A stretch of DNA of 64,000 bases from Pseudonocardia sp. (GCA_035540535.1 DATLGI010000138.1:6924-70923); one strand, 5' to 3'; positions 41,801 to 50,658 are shown, counted from the first letter of the stretch. Numbers and translations: made by a program. Notes: generated by a model not told the origin, from the letters alone.

Positions 41801-42204
41801 AGCGCCACCGTGACACCGACGAGGAGTGGGAGCACTACCGCGACTCCGACGGCAAGTCCGGCGGCCAGAAGGAGAAGCTCGCCTACACCATCCTGGCGGC
41901 CTCCTTGGCCTATCAGTTCGGCCTGGAGTGGGGCGTCGAGCGGTCACGGGACTTCCGGTTCGCTGTGATCGACGAGGCGTTCGGGCGTGGATCGGACGTG
42001 TCGACACGTTATGCCCTCGAACTGTTCGCCAAGCTCGGCCTACAACTGCTGATCGTCACGCCGCTGCAGAAGGTGCACGTGATCGAGTCCTACGTCCGAG
42101 CGATCGGTTTCGTCGACAACCCCACGGGGAGCTACTCGCGGCTCCAGTCGCTGACCATCGAGGAGTTCCACGCCCGTCGGGCCGGCATGGCCCCCGACGG
42201 ATGA
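38800..42204 (+). CDS. jetC: Wadjet JetC (SMC-like ATPase, MksB/EptC)
   Basis: ORF 38800..42204 has Walker [10 protein letters not shown], a long Arg/Glu/Ala/Leu-rich central region, the ABC signature [11 protein letters not shown] and Walker [14 protein letters not shown]. Confidence 0.9.
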   Translation: MGEALFSAAEPAAAGRAGFRLRHLEVFNWGTFDKRVWRLTPGGDTSLLTGDIGSGKSTLVDAVTTLLLPAHKIAYNKAAGAESKERTLRSYVEGHYKAERIESTGASKAIGLRDHRSYSVVLGVFVNDGYDETVSLVQVFHQKDRAGQPDRFFVISTKQLSIEADFTDFGSDLNELRRRLRSAGATISPGFPEYSRQLRRLLGIRSEQALDLFHQTVSMKSVGNLNEFVRSHMLEPVDATERVGAIVGHFEDLTKAHEAVRRAREQLAALEPLVATAQRYDEARTRRSAAERQRDAVRLYFGELRIRLLAAEVSTNQAARTVHEREETDADAALVRLTAERDGLIAERAAAGGDRLGELERVEAEAARDANTRRERRGRFAAAVTAAGLDPVADAAGFTSLARRIAGMRESSQAERAVVDLRSTGIATRRNEVDRQGAELRAELESLAGRRNNLPRSHLDVRAQLCADLGLDPDVLPYAGELIDVAEEHAQWRGAAERVLRGFALSLLVPQEHYPAVSRWVNEHRLTYRRDGGDRRGMRLVYERVPRRQVRLQPPVGPGGLVLAETLEIVEGPFAGYLRDQLARRADHACTETLAAFQMAARAVTREGQVRAGDRHEKDDRSRIDDPRTWVLGWANEQKIAALTGQLTDLQAEVLTLQQEADSAAAARSRLQDRLDALATLEAYPDWFDLDWEQARARAQEAREERERLLAGSSRLAEIGRRLAANEAHAKAQRVRLRELRSLISVLDDRVARSTRSRDEEAAHRDAHPPEVLAAAREAYDELTARLGPRVPNEPDACLPAAAALTADIQRGIERNDKEIGGYVQSLLGYMNEVRRRWPEATTEMDAHLDSLPEFRSFRDRVANDDLPAFEEEFKRQLNTNTIRELAGFASWLRREAEDIQLRVDRINEALGAIDYSAGRYITLVAERTVNQEVQAFRADLRAATDDTLGPDDDRYSEQRFLDVARIIERFRGRPGHADADKAWTRRVTDVRNWFTFSASERHRDTDEEWEHYRDSDGKSGGQKEKLAYTILAASLAYQFGLEWGVERSRDFRFAVIDEAFGRGSDVSTRYALELFAKLGLQLLIVTPLQKVHVIESYVRAIGFVDNPTGSYSRLQSLTIEEFHARRAGMAPDG

Positions 42205-43352
42205 CCTGCGCCTGGACGACGTCGACGGAGCTGGCGCGGAGGGTCCGCCGACGCTGGGACGACGGGACGCTGCTCTCCGCTCTGGCCGCCGGCGACCCCT
42301 TCCCGGGGCTGGATCTTCCCGTCCGCGGCCCCCATCCGTCGGAGATCGGCGATGACTTGGCCGCGGTGCAGCGCTGGGTCGCCGAGCTGGAGGCGGGCAG
42401 CCGCAACGGCCGGAGCTACGAGCTCGTCCACGCCACCATCGGTGGGCGGCACTTCGGGCGCAACCGGATCCCGGCCCGCGCCCGCGTCACAACCTATGAG
42501 CAGGCATGGCAACTGTTGGGCGTCGCCGCCCATGTGGCCGCGTACCGGCGAATTCTGGATCTGAGTGCATCGGTTCCTGCGGTTCGTTCCTGGGCAGCCG
42601 CCTGCCCGCTACGAGCGCTCGACGTCGCGGACGAGTGGGAGCCGCTCGTCGCCGCCTACTCCTGGTTGGACGCGGCCCGCGGCTCTGGCCGCTACTTGCG
42701 CGAGATCACCGCCCCGGGGGTGGACACGAAGTTCGTCGAGCGGCACCGGTCGGTGCTGAGCCACCTGCTCGGCACCGACCGCTCCGCCAGGGGGTTCCTT
42801 TCCGCGCTGGGACTGCGAGTGAAGCCGGAGACGGTGCGGCTGCGGTTCGATCCCGCCGTATTGGGCATGCCGGCCGCCCTCACCGAGGCGGAGCTGCGGG
42901 TCGAGGAGCTGGCCGCGCTCCCGGCCGCCGTCCGCACGGCAGCGATCATCGAGAATGAGACTACGTACCTCACGGTCCCGGTCCCAAGCAGTGGTGTGGT
43001 CATGTGGGGGAAGGGCTTCGAGGTGAGCCGGGCCGGTGCGTTGCCCTGGCTCCGCGATGCCGACGTGTACTACTGGGGTGACCTCGACACCCACGGTTTC
43101 GCGATCCTCGACCGGCTGCGCGCCTGGCTGCCCTGCTCCGAATCGTTCCTGATGGACCGGGGGACGCTGCTGGCCCACCGCGACCGCTGGGTCCGCGAGG
43201 GATCACCGACGTCGGCAAGCCTCGACCGGCTCAACCCGGACGAGGCCGCCCTGTACCGCGACCTCGTCGCCGACCAACTCGGTGACGGCGTCCGCCTGGA
43301 GCAGGAGCGCATCGACTGGGCGTGGGCGAGTAAACGCATTCCCTACGAATGA
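42201..43352 (+). CDS. jetD: Wadjet JetD (DUF3322 + Toprim-like DUF2220 nuclease subunit, MksG/EptD)
   Basis: ATG at 42201 overlaps the jetC stop (ATGA). It has C-terminal Toprim-like IIENETTYL ... [16 protein letters not shown]. Confidence 0.85.
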   Translation: MTCAWTTSTELARRVRRRWDDGTLLSALAAGDPFPGLDLPVRGPHPSEIGDDLAAVQRWVAELEAGSRNGRSYELVHATIGGRHFGRNRIPARARVTTYEQAWQLLGVAAHVAAYRRILDLSASVPAVRSWAAACPLRALDVADEWEPLVAAYSWLDAARGSGRYLREITAPGVDTKFVERHRSVLSHLLGTDRSARGFLSALGLRVKPETVRLRFDPAVLGMPAALTEAELRVEELAALPAAVRTAAIIENETTYLTVPVPSSGVVMWGKGFEVSRAGALPWLRDADVYYWGDLDTHGFAILDRLRAWLPCSESFLMDRGTLLAHRDRWVREGSPTSASLDRLNPDEAALYRDLVADQLGDGVRLEQERIDWAWASKRIPYE

Positions 43353-43560
43353 TCGGTCAACGCGACATCTGCCCGCGCAAGGGCCTGCCGGGCGGCGGTG
43401 CGGGTGCGGCCGTGCTTCTCGATTGCGCCGCGACGGAGTGCGCCGGTCGGCGCGGTGAAAGCGCAGGTTGCGGTCGCGCCAGTACAGCGTCCAGGACCGC
43501 CGGGTGTGGTCGGCCTCGAGCGGGCGCCCGTCGAGCCGCGCGCGCCGGGTCGGTGCCTAC
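43343..43560 (-). mobile_element. possible 3' remnant of an IS110-family transposase (frameshifted)
   Basis: The minus-strand translation ...LYWRDRNLRF / TAPTGALRRGAIEKHGRTRTAARQALARADVAL weakly resembles the ...YY.RR.AEGKTKREAIRCLKRY... C-terminus of IS110 transposases. It is broken across two frames. Confidence 0.25.
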
Positions 43561-43874
43561 CTGCGCGGGCTACTCGCGGGGTTGGAGCGCAAGACTGACG
43601 CTGACACCCCCACATGACGTGGACACACGCCGTGCGCCGCCGCGAGCGGGCGTTCCTGCAGGTCACTCCCTTGATTCAAGGTTCGACGCCTGCCCACGAT
43701 CTGCGGAACCCGGGGACACGGACGCTGCTCACCGGGCGATCCGTACTCGCGCCAGCCACCCGTCCGGCGCCCGTGGTCCCCACCGCTCCAGCCATAACGA
43801 CCATGATTGTCTTTTTCATCTATAGCCGCTAGCGTCGTCCGGGACCCGTCACCGTCGAGAAGGATGGTCCCGCC

Positions 43875-44630
43875 GTGCACGCACCGAAGCTGGAAGGCCG
43901 CAACGCGATCGTCACCGGAGGGTCGCGCGGCATCGGCCGCGGCATCGCCCTGCTGCTCGCCGAGCACGGCGCGAACATCGCGTTCAACCACTACCGCGAC
44001 GGCGAGAAGGCCGCGCAGACCCTCGGCGAGATCGAGGCGCTGGGCCGCAAGGCCTACCAGGCCGAGTGCGACGTCTCCTCGGTGCCCGGGGTGCGGCAGT
44101 TCTACGCCGACGCCAAGGCCGCGCTCGGTGCGATCGACGTCCTGGTCAACAACGCCGGCCACAACGTCACGTCGAAGTTCGAGGACATCACCGAGGAGGA
44201 TTTCGACCGGATGCACGGGGTGCACGTCAAGGGCACCTTCTTCATGACCCAGGCCGCGTACCCGGACATGCTCACGCGCGGCGAGGGCCGGATCATCAAC
44301 ATCACCTCCCAGCTCGCCTACAAGGGCGCCGGGCTGCTGACCCACTACGCGTCGGCCAAGGGCGCGAACATGACGTTCACCCGCTCGCTGGCGCTGGAGT
44401 GCGGCGGAACCGGCGTGCTGGTCAACGCGGTCGCGCCGGGCGTCACGAACACCGACCTGCTTACCCCGCTCGCGCAGGAGCTGCTGGACAACCTGAGAGC
44501 GACCATTCCGCTGGGCCGTTTCGCCGAGGTCGACGAGATCGCCCCGGCCGCGCTACTGCTCGCCGCCCCCGAGGGCAGCTTCTTCCACGGCACCTGCATC
44601 TCACCCAACGGCGGCGAGGTCATGCTGTGA
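43875..44630 (+). CDS. SDR family oxidoreductase (FabG-like)
   Basis: ORF 43875..44630 (GTG start) has TGGSRGIGRG, NNAG and YASAK motifs. Confidence 0.85.
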   Translation: MHAPKLEGRNAIVTGGSRGIGRGIALLLAEHGANIAFNHYRDGEKAAQTLGEIEALGRKAYQAECDVSSVPGVRQFYADAKAALGAIDVLVNNAGHNVTSKFEDITEEDFDRMHGVHVKGTFFMTQAAYPDMLTRGEGRIINITSQLAYKGAGLLTHYASAKGANMTFTRSLALECGGTGVLVNAVAPGVTNTDLLTPLAQELLDNLRATIPLGRFAEVDEIAPAALLLAAPEGSFFHGTCISPNGGEVML

Positions 44631-44700
44631 CCGAACTGGCGGAGTCACATTCCCGCGCCGGAACCCGCGCGGACCGGATCGTCACCACCGGAGTTGACCG

Positions 44701-45534
44701 GTGACGGCCGGCGCCCCGCCGCTCGCGCCCACCGACACCGCACGGGACTTCCTCGCCCCGGCCGTGTGGCGCGCGGTCGCGTCCCTGCGGCTGCCGGCGG
44801 GCGCATGGGTGCTCGATGCGGGCACCGGGAGCGGCGGGGCGCTGCCCGCGCTCGCGCGGGCGGCCGGCAGGGCGGGTCGGGTGCGCGGCGTCGACCTCGA
44901 TCCAGCTGCGGTGCAGGAGGCCCGTGCCTACGTCGGCCGCCACGGCATCCAGCAGGTGTCCGTGGAGACGGCCGACGCCCTCGAGACCGCCGGCCTCGCG
45001 GCCACCGACCCGGGCGGCGGCTTCGACGCGATCTGGGCGGCCGAGCTCGTCGCGCGCTTCGAACGTCCCGCCACAGCGGTCGCGGTGCTGGCCGAGGCGC
45101 TGCGCCCGGGCGGGGTGCTCGCTCTGTTCTGCGCCAACGAGCAGCAGGCCGTTCTCATGCCCGGGCACGCCCGGCTGGAGCGCCTGGCCCGCGCGGCGCT
45201 AGACCGACACGCCCGCGCGGCCGTCGACGCATCGTCGTTGCTGCCGTGGCTGCGCGCGGCGGGCCTGGAGCGGCTTACGCTCGAGGCGTTCCCGCGCGTG
45301 GCCTTCCGCGCCGACGCCGACCCGACAGCACGTGAGCACCTCGAGGCGACCGTCTGGCCCCGGCTGCGCGCGGCCGTCGCCGCCGACCCCAGCGTCGACG
45401 AGCGCGACCGGGCCGACCTCCTCGCGCTCAGCACGCCCGGCGGGCCACGCTACGCGCTCGACGAGCCGGGCTGGTACGTGCTTCAGCCGACGATTGTCGC
45501 CACCGGGCGCCGCGGCCGTGCCGGCCGGCGTTGA
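44701..45534 (+). CDS. class I SAM-dependent methyltransferase
   Basis: ORF 44701..45534 has the VLDAGTGSGG motif I. Confidence 0.7.
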   Translation: MTAGAPPLAPTDTARDFLAPAVWRAVASLRLPAGAWVLDAGTGSGGALPALARAAGRAGRVRGVDLDPAAVQEARAYVGRHGIQQVSVETADALETAGLAATDPGGGFDAIWAAELVARFERPATAVAVLAEALRPGGVLALFCANEQQAVLMPGHARLERLARAALDRHARAAVDASSLLPWLRAAGLERLTLEAFPRVAFRADADPTAREHLEATVWPRLRAAVAADPSVDERDRADLLALSTPGGPRYALDEPGWYVLQPTIVATGRRGRAGRR

Positions 45535-45760
45535 CGCGCAGGGCGAGCTGGTGAGCCCTTACACCGAGTACGCCGCTTCGACCGCGGGCTGCGGTGCGCG
45601 GTGGCTCCCGGGTCCGCGCCCAGCCGCCTCCGTGCTCGTGGTCGTTACCGGCGTCGGCGCCGCCGGGCGGCGGGGTCTGCTCACGGTCCGCTCCCGCGCC
45701 TCGCTGAGGACGTCGGCCGCGGCGAGCCGGGTCAGCTCCGCGCGGTCTCCGCCGCGGTCG

Positions 45761-46066
45761 TCACCAGCTGGACTTGCGGACTCCGGGAAGGCACCCCGCG
45801 TGGGCCAGCTCGCGCAGCCGGATGCGCGAGACCCCGAACGCGCGCAGGTACCCGCGGGGCCGGCCGTCAACGGCGTCCCGGTTGCGCAACCGGGTCGCGC
45901 TGGCGTCGCGAGGCTGGCGGCGCAGCTCGCGGGCGGCGGCGGCGCGCTCCTCGGTGGGGGTGGCCGGGGAGGAGATGAGCCGCTTGAGCTGTGCGCGGCG
46001 CTGCGCGTGGCGTGCGACCACAGCCCGGCGCTGCCGCTCGCGGGCGATCTTGCTCTTCGTGGCCAT
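45761..46066 (-). CDS. rpsN: 30S ribosomal protein S14, long Cys-less (zinc-independent) form
   Basis: Internal Met of ORF 45761..46291. It begins [14 protein letters not shown], ends LPGVRKSSW, is 101 aa, and has no CxxC pairs. Confidence 0.9.
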   Translation of the reverse strand: MATKSKIARERQRRAVVARHAQRRAQLKRLISSPATPTEERAAAARELRRQPRDASATRLRNRDAVDGRPRGYLRAFGVSRIRLRELAHAGCLPGVRKSSW

Positions 46067-46302
46067 CAGATCCGCTCCCCCCGTGCGCGGACGCGCGCGA
46101 CGGCGGCCTCGACCCCCAGCCTGTCCACGGTCTTGATCCCCTTGGCCGAGAGCTGCAGGCGCACGTAGCGGTTCTCGGCGGCGAGCCAGTACCGCCTCGT
46201 CTGGACGTTCGGATCCCAGCGGCGGGGGGTGCGGCGCTGCGAGTGCGAGACCCGCTTGCCGAAGCCCGGCTCGCGGCCGGTGAGCTGGCAACGTCGCGAC
46301 AC
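46066..46302 (-). CDS. rpmB: 50S ribosomal protein L28 paralog (single Cys, no CxxC pairs)
   Basis: Lies in the frame of ORF 46066..46311 with a GTG start. It reads [34 protein letters not shown]. Confidence 0.85.
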   Translation of the reverse strand: MSRRCQLTGREPGFGKRVSHSQRRTPRRWDPNVQTRRYWLAAENRYVRLQLSAKGIKTVDRLGVEAAVARVRARGERI

Positions 46303-46307
46303 CGTCC

Positions 46308-46550
46308 TCACCCCCGCCCGGCGTGCGGGTAGGGCAGCAGGGCCATCTCTCGGGCGTTGCGGATCGCGGTGGCGACCTGACGCTGCTGGCGGGGCCTGAG
46401 CCCGGTGACCCGGCGAGCGCGGATCTTGCCGCGATCGGAGACGAACGTGCGCAGCAGCCCGATGTCCTTCCAGTCCACGGCCTCGATGCCCTTGACGTCG
46501 AGCGGGTTGACCCGACGCCGCAGCGGGGCCTTGCGAGCGCGCTGCGGCAT
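46308..46550 (-). CDS. rpsR: 30S ribosomal protein S18 paralog (Cys-less)
   Basis: C-terminal part of ORF 46308..46748. It has [20 protein letters not shown]. Confidence 0.88.
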   Translation of the reverse strand: MPQRARKAPLRRRVNPLDVKGIEAVDWKDIGLLRTFVSDRGKIRARRVTGLRPRQQRQVATAIRNAREMALLPYPHAGRG

Positions 46551-46717
46551 CACCGCTCCTCGCGGAACTTGACGTGTCGGCGCACGACCTTGTCGTACTT
46601 GCGCAGCACCAGCCGGTCCGGATCGTTGCGGCGGTTCTTGCGCGTGACGTAGGTGACGCCGGTGCCTGCGGTCGACCGCAGCTTGACGATCGGCCGGAGC
46701 TCGGTACTGCGGGCCAC
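46550..46717 (-). CDS. rpmG: 50S ribosomal protein L33 paralog (Cys-less)
   Basis: GTG start within ORF 46550..46744. It reads [35 protein letters not shown]. Confidence 0.88.
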   Translation of the reverse strand: MARSTELRPIVKLRSTAGTGVTYVTRKNRRNDPDRLVLRKYDKVVRRHVKFREER

Positions 46718-46733
46718 TCGCCTCACCCCTCTC

Positions 46734-46752
46734 AATAATGACAATCATTACC
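46734..46752. promoter_or_regulatory. Fur-family (Zur-type) box AATAATGACAATCATTACC
   Basis: This AT-rich 6-3-6 palindrome (TAATGA-CAA-TCATTA) matches 16 of 19 positions of the classical GATAATGATAATCATTATC Fur box. It lies in the 76-bp divergent region between the alternative ribosomal protein operon and the COG0523 gene. Confidence 0.7.
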
Positions 46753-46793
46753 GTCTAGAGTGACGGTAGCAGGAGACGAGGGAGGGACGAGCG

Positions 46794-48032
46794 ATGGGTG
46801 GACGAGCCGAGCTGATCATGCTGGCCGGCGGGACCACGCCCGCGGCAGCCGAGGGCGCCGAGCGGGTGATCGACCGGATCCGCGCCGAGGAGCCCCGCAC
46901 GGTGGTGCTGCACCACGACCTGCGCGACGCCGGCCGCGGCCTCGTGCGCCGACGGATGCGGCTCGGCAACGCGGACCAGGTCACCGTGCTCGAGCTCGCG
47001 CACGGCTGCGTGTCGTGCACGCTGCGCGAGGACGTGCTGCCGCTACTGCGCGAGCTCGGGCGCCGCAGACACGTCGAACGGATCGTTCTGCACCTTGATC
47101 CCGTCCTCGAACCCGAGCAGGTGTGCTGGACGGTTCGGCACGTGCTCGTCAACGGCGCACCGGTCACCGACGCGGTCGAGCTGCGCGGGGTGATCACCAT
47201 CCTGGACGCCGAAGCCTGGCTCGCCGACGTCGCCGGCGCCGACGATGTCGCCGACCGCGACCTGGCCGTCCTGCCCGACGACGACCGCACCCTCGCGCAG
47301 CTGGTGGTCGCCCAGGCCGAGTTCGCCGACCTGCTCGTGCACACCGGCGCCGCCGAGCCCTGGCAGGCCGCGCGTACCGAGGCCGTGCTCGCCCGGCTGG
47401 CGCCGTGCGCGGTCCGGCTGCCACTCGACCGGCTCGACCGGCGAGTGCTGCTCGAGCGGCTCCCGGCCGGCGCTCGCCGAGGTGTCACCGACGACCTGCA
47501 CGCAGCGCTGCTGCACGGCCAGCCCCCGCTGCACGCCGACGCCGGCGTGCAGCTGGTGACGTTCAACGCACGCCGCCCGTTCCATCCCGAGCGGTTGCAC
47601 GCCGCGGTCGACGTGCTCCTCGACGGGGTGATCCGAACCCGCGGCCGGATCTGGCTCGCCACCCGGCCCGACGCAGTGCTCTGGCTGGAGTCCGCGGGCG
47701 GTGGCCTGCGGCTCGGGCACGCAGGAGGCTGGCTCGCGGCCGACCCCGAGGCCTGGGAACACGCCGACCCCGAGCGCCGAGCCGCCGCCGCACTGCGCTG
47801 GCACGACCGCTGGGGCGACCGCGCCCAGGAGCTCACCATCCTCGTCCACGACGCGGACCCCGCCGTCGTCGACGCCGGGCTGCGCGAGGCGCTGCTCACC
47901 GACCGCGAGCTGGCCGCCGGTGAGAGCGCCTGGCGTCACTACCCGGATCCCTTCGGCTGGTGGCACACCGACCCCTGCGACGACATCACACCCCAACCGG
48001 TGACCGGACGACACCAGGAGGACCAGGCGTGA
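46794..48032 (+). CDS. CobW/COG0523-family protein with degenerate P-loop
   Basis: ORF 46794..48032 shows the COG0523 pattern ([20 protein letters not shown], a C-terminal CobW_C-like region), but the N-terminus reads [15 protein letters not shown] instead of GxxGxGK[ST]. Confidence 0.75.
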   Translation: MGGRAELIMLAGGTTPAAAEGAERVIDRIRAEEPRTVVLHHDLRDAGRGLVRRRMRLGNADQVTVLELAHGCVSCTLREDVLPLLRELGRRRHVERIVLHLDPVLEPEQVCWTVRHVLVNGAPVTDAVELRGVITILDAEAWLADVAGADDVADRDLAVLPDDDRTLAQLVVAQAEFADLLVHTGAAEPWQAARTEAVLARLAPCAVRLPLDRLDRRVLLERLPAGARRGVTDDLHAALLHGQPPLHADAGVQLVTFNARRPFHPERLHAAVDVLLDGVIRTRGRIWLATRPDAVLWLESAGGGLRLGHAGGWLAADPEAWEHADPERRAAAALRWHDRWGDRAQELTILVHDADPAVVDAGLREALLTDRELAAGESAWRHYPDPFGWWHTDPCDDITPQPVTGRHQEDQA

Positions 48033-48277
48033 AACCCGGCATCCACCCCGACTACCACCCCGTCGTGTTCCAGGACAGCTCGACCGGCGACGCGTTCCTC
48101 ACCCGCTCCACCGCGACCTCGTCACGGACCATCGAGTGGGCCGACGGCAACACCTACCCGCTGATCTTCGTCGACGTCAGCGCCGCCTCCCACCCGTTCT
48201 GGACCGGGAAGCAGCGCGTCCTCGACGGCGCCGGCCAGGTCGAGAAGTTTCGCCGCCGTTACGGGAGCCGGGGCTGA
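48029..48277 (+). CDS. rpmE2: 50S ribosomal protein L31 type B (Cys-less)
   Basis: GTG at 48029 overlaps the COG0523 stop. It has [15 protein letters not shown] ... HPFWTGKQR. Confidence 0.9.
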   Translation: MKPGIHPDYHPVVFQDSSTGDAFLTRSTATSSRTIEWADGNTYPLIFVDVSAASHPFWTGKQRVLDGAGQVEKFRRRYGSRG

Positions 48278-48447
48278 TGGCGGTCCCGAAGCGGCGCACC
48301 TCGCGCAGCAACACCCGCCACCGACGCGCCCGGTGGAAGGCGCAGTCGCCGGACCTGGTGCCGGTGGCCCTCGACGGCCGGCGCCACCTGGTGCCGCGTC
48401 GGCTGGTCCGCGCCCACCAGCGCGGCCTGCTGCCACCGCCGGACTGA
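48277..48447 (+). CDS. rpmF: 50S ribosomal protein L32 paralog (Cys-less)
   Basis: ATG at 48277 in the frame of ORF 48136..48447. It begins [18 protein letters not shown]. Confidence 0.88.
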   Translation: MAVPKRRTSRSNTRHRRARWKAQSPDLVPVALDGRRHLVPRRLVRAHQRGLLPPPD

Positions 48448-48459
48448 CCGCGCCGCGCC

Positions 48460-50099
48460 TCAGCGCCATGCCGCGGCGCGCAGCAGCCGCAGCCCGTTGA
48501 GCGCGACGAGGATCGTGGAGCCCTCGTGGCAGGCCACCCCGACGGGCAGCGGCAGGGTCCCGGCGAGGTCCCACGTCACGAGCACGGCGATCGCGGTGCC
48601 GGCGAGGACGAGGTTCTGCACGACCAGCCGGCGAGCGCGGCGGGACAGCGCGACCGCGGCGGGAACGGCGGCGAGCTCGTCGCGTACCAGCACCGCGTCG
48701 GCGGTCTGCAACACCAGGTCGGAACCGACGCCGCCCATGGCGACGCCGAGCTCGGCGGTGGCCAGCGCCGGCGCATCGTTCACGCCGTCACCGACCATCA
48801 GCACGTGCTCGCCCGACGCCTGCAGCTCCGCGACCACCTCCGCCTTGTCCTGCGGAAGCAACCCGGCGCGCCGACGACCGCACGCACCCGGCGGCCCGGT
48901 TCGGCGCGGAACTCCTCGGACCGCGCGGCCGCGACCCCGTGCTCGCGCGCGTGGGAGACGACCGCGCGCGCCAGCGGGTGCTCGCTCGGCGCCTCCGCGG
49001 CCGCGGCGAGCGCGAGCACTGCATCCGCGTCCCAGCCCGGCAGCGGGCGGACCGCGACCAGCCGCGGCGTGCCCTCGGTCAGCGTTCCGGTCTTGTCGAG
49101 GACCGCGACGGTGGCGGTGCCGAGCCGTTCCATGACCACCGAGGACTTGACGAGCACCCGGTGCCGGCCCGCGGTGGCGATCGCCGCGAGCAGCGGCGGC
49201 ATCGTCGCCAGCACCAGCGCACACGGCGAGGCGACGATCATGAAGGTCATCGCGCGCAGCAGCGTCTCCCGCAGCGCCGCGCCGAACAGGAGCGGCACGG
49301 TGAACAGGGCGAGCGTCCCGACCACCACGCCGACCGAGTAGCGCTGTTCGACCCGCTCGATGAACAGCTGGGTCGGCGCCTTGGTGGCACTCGCGCGCTC
49401 GACCATCGCGGCGATCCGCGCGACGACGCTGTCGGCCGCGGCCCGGCCGACCCGCACCAGCACCGAGCCGGTGCCGTTCACGGTGCCGGCGTACACCTCA
49501 TCGCCCGGGGTCACAGGCACCGGAAGCGGCTCGCCGGTGACCCCGGCCTGGTCGACCTCGCTGCGCCCGTCGACGACCTCGCCGTCCGCGCCGATCAGCT
49601 CGCCGGGGCGTACCAGGATCACGTCACCGATGGCGAGATCCGCGACCGCGACGGTGTCCTCCTCCCCGTCGGTGCGGATCCGGTTCGCCTGCTCCGGAGC
49701 GAGTTCGAGCAGGCTGTGCACGGAGTCCGCGGTCCGCCGCGTCGCCAGCGCCTCCAGCGCGCCCGACGTCGCGAAGATGACGATGAGCAGCGCACCCTCG
49801 AACACCTGGCCGATCGCCGCGGCGCCGAGTGCCGCGACCACCATCAGCAGGTCCACGTCCAGCGTGCGCTCCCGGAGCGCGCGCAGGCCCGCCAGCCCGG
49901 GCGCCCAGCCGCCGGCCAGGTAGCAGGCGCCGTAGTACGCGCCCGTCACCGTCGCGGGCGCGCCGGCGAGGTCGAGCAGCGCGGCGACCGCGAACAGGAC
50001 GGTGGCTGCGGCGGCCCAGCGAACCTCGGGCAACACCCAGGCGGCGGTGCGGCGCCGGGGGAGCGCGGCGTGTCGCCGTGGCACGGTCGAGGTGGTCAC
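48460..50099 (-). pseudogene. P1B-4-type heavy-metal (Co/Ni/Zn) P-type ATPase with an internal out-of-frame deletion
   Basis: The gene is split between ORF 48798..50342 (TGE, the SPC TM motif, DKTGTLT) and ORF 48460..49224 ([25 protein letters not shown]). The frames join near 48862-48875. The TGD region is absent. The 1640-nt span is not a multiple of 3. Confidence 0.75.
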
Positions 50100-50118
50100 G
50101 GCGGTGGACGATACCTGC

Positions 50119-50138
50119 ACGCGCAGATAGCTGCGTGT
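50119..50138. promoter_or_regulatory. imperfect 20-bp palindrome ACGCGCAGATAGCTGCGTGT (candidate ArsR/SmtB operator)
   Basis: 16 of 20 positions are self-complementary. It lies between the divergent ATPase and ArsR genes. Confidence 0.35.
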
Positions 50139-50176
50139 ATACGAAGGAAGTTGCCCAAGCGCGGTATTCTGGGCTC

Positions 50177-50500
50177 GTGCACGAGACCGTGCCCGGCTTC
50201 CGAATGCCTGACGACGTCCAGGTGCGGCGCGCCAGCGAGGCGTTCCGGCTGCTCGCCGACCCCACCCGCGTGCGTATCCTGTGGGCTCTGCTGCAGGGGG
50301 AGTCCTCGGTCGCCTGCCTGGCCGAGATCGTCGGAGCGGCACCGACAGCCGTCAGCCAACACCTGGCGAAGCTGCGTCTGGCCGGTCTGGTCCAGGATCG
50401 CCGCGAGGGGACGTACCGCTACTACGTCGCCGAGGACGACCACCTGCGCCGCCTGCTCACCGAGGCCCTGGCCCCCACGGCCGGAGCGGCACCGACGTAG
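50177..50500 (+). CDS. ArsR/SmtB family metalloregulator
   Basis: Lies in the frame of ORF 49829..50500 (GTG 50177 or ATG 50204). It has FRLLADPTRVRILWALL ... VSQHLAKLRLAGLV. Confidence 0.85.
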   Translation: MHETVPGFRMPDDVQVRRASEAFRLLADPTRVRILWALLQGESSVACLAEIVGAAPTAVSQHLAKLRLAGLVQDRREGTYRYYVAEDDHLRRLLTEALAPTAGAAPT

Positions 50501-50539
50501 TCGGACCGCTGACGCGGCTGTCGGAGTTGCTCTCGGCAA

Positions 50540-50658
50540 CCTCCCACCAAGGATCGCCAGGTCTAGGATTCTGGAGCCGTGGCGGGCACTTCGCCGCGCT
50601 CGAGCAACCCGACCTGTCGGTCGAGGACCTCCGCGAGTTCTTCCGTGAGCTGTGGTGA
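50540..50658 (+). pseudogene. C-terminal remnant of an epoxide hydrolase-like alpha/beta hydrolase
   Basis: The tail of ORF 50281..50658 reads GFWSRGGHFAALEQPDLSVEDLREFFRELW. No upstream body is present. Confidence 0.5.

Noticed and set aside
43670-43705. tRNA-like T-arm (GGTTCGACGCC), as a possible att-site remnant downstream of Wadjet.
   Set aside because: Only 3 bp of the T-stem can pair. There is no acceptor stem or CCA context. I saw no matching direct repeat upstream of jetA.
45535-45760. Minus-strand ORF 45559..45870 as a gene downstream of rpsN.
   Set aside because: It overlaps the S14 gene out of frame, and its translation is low-complexity Ala/Arg/Pro.
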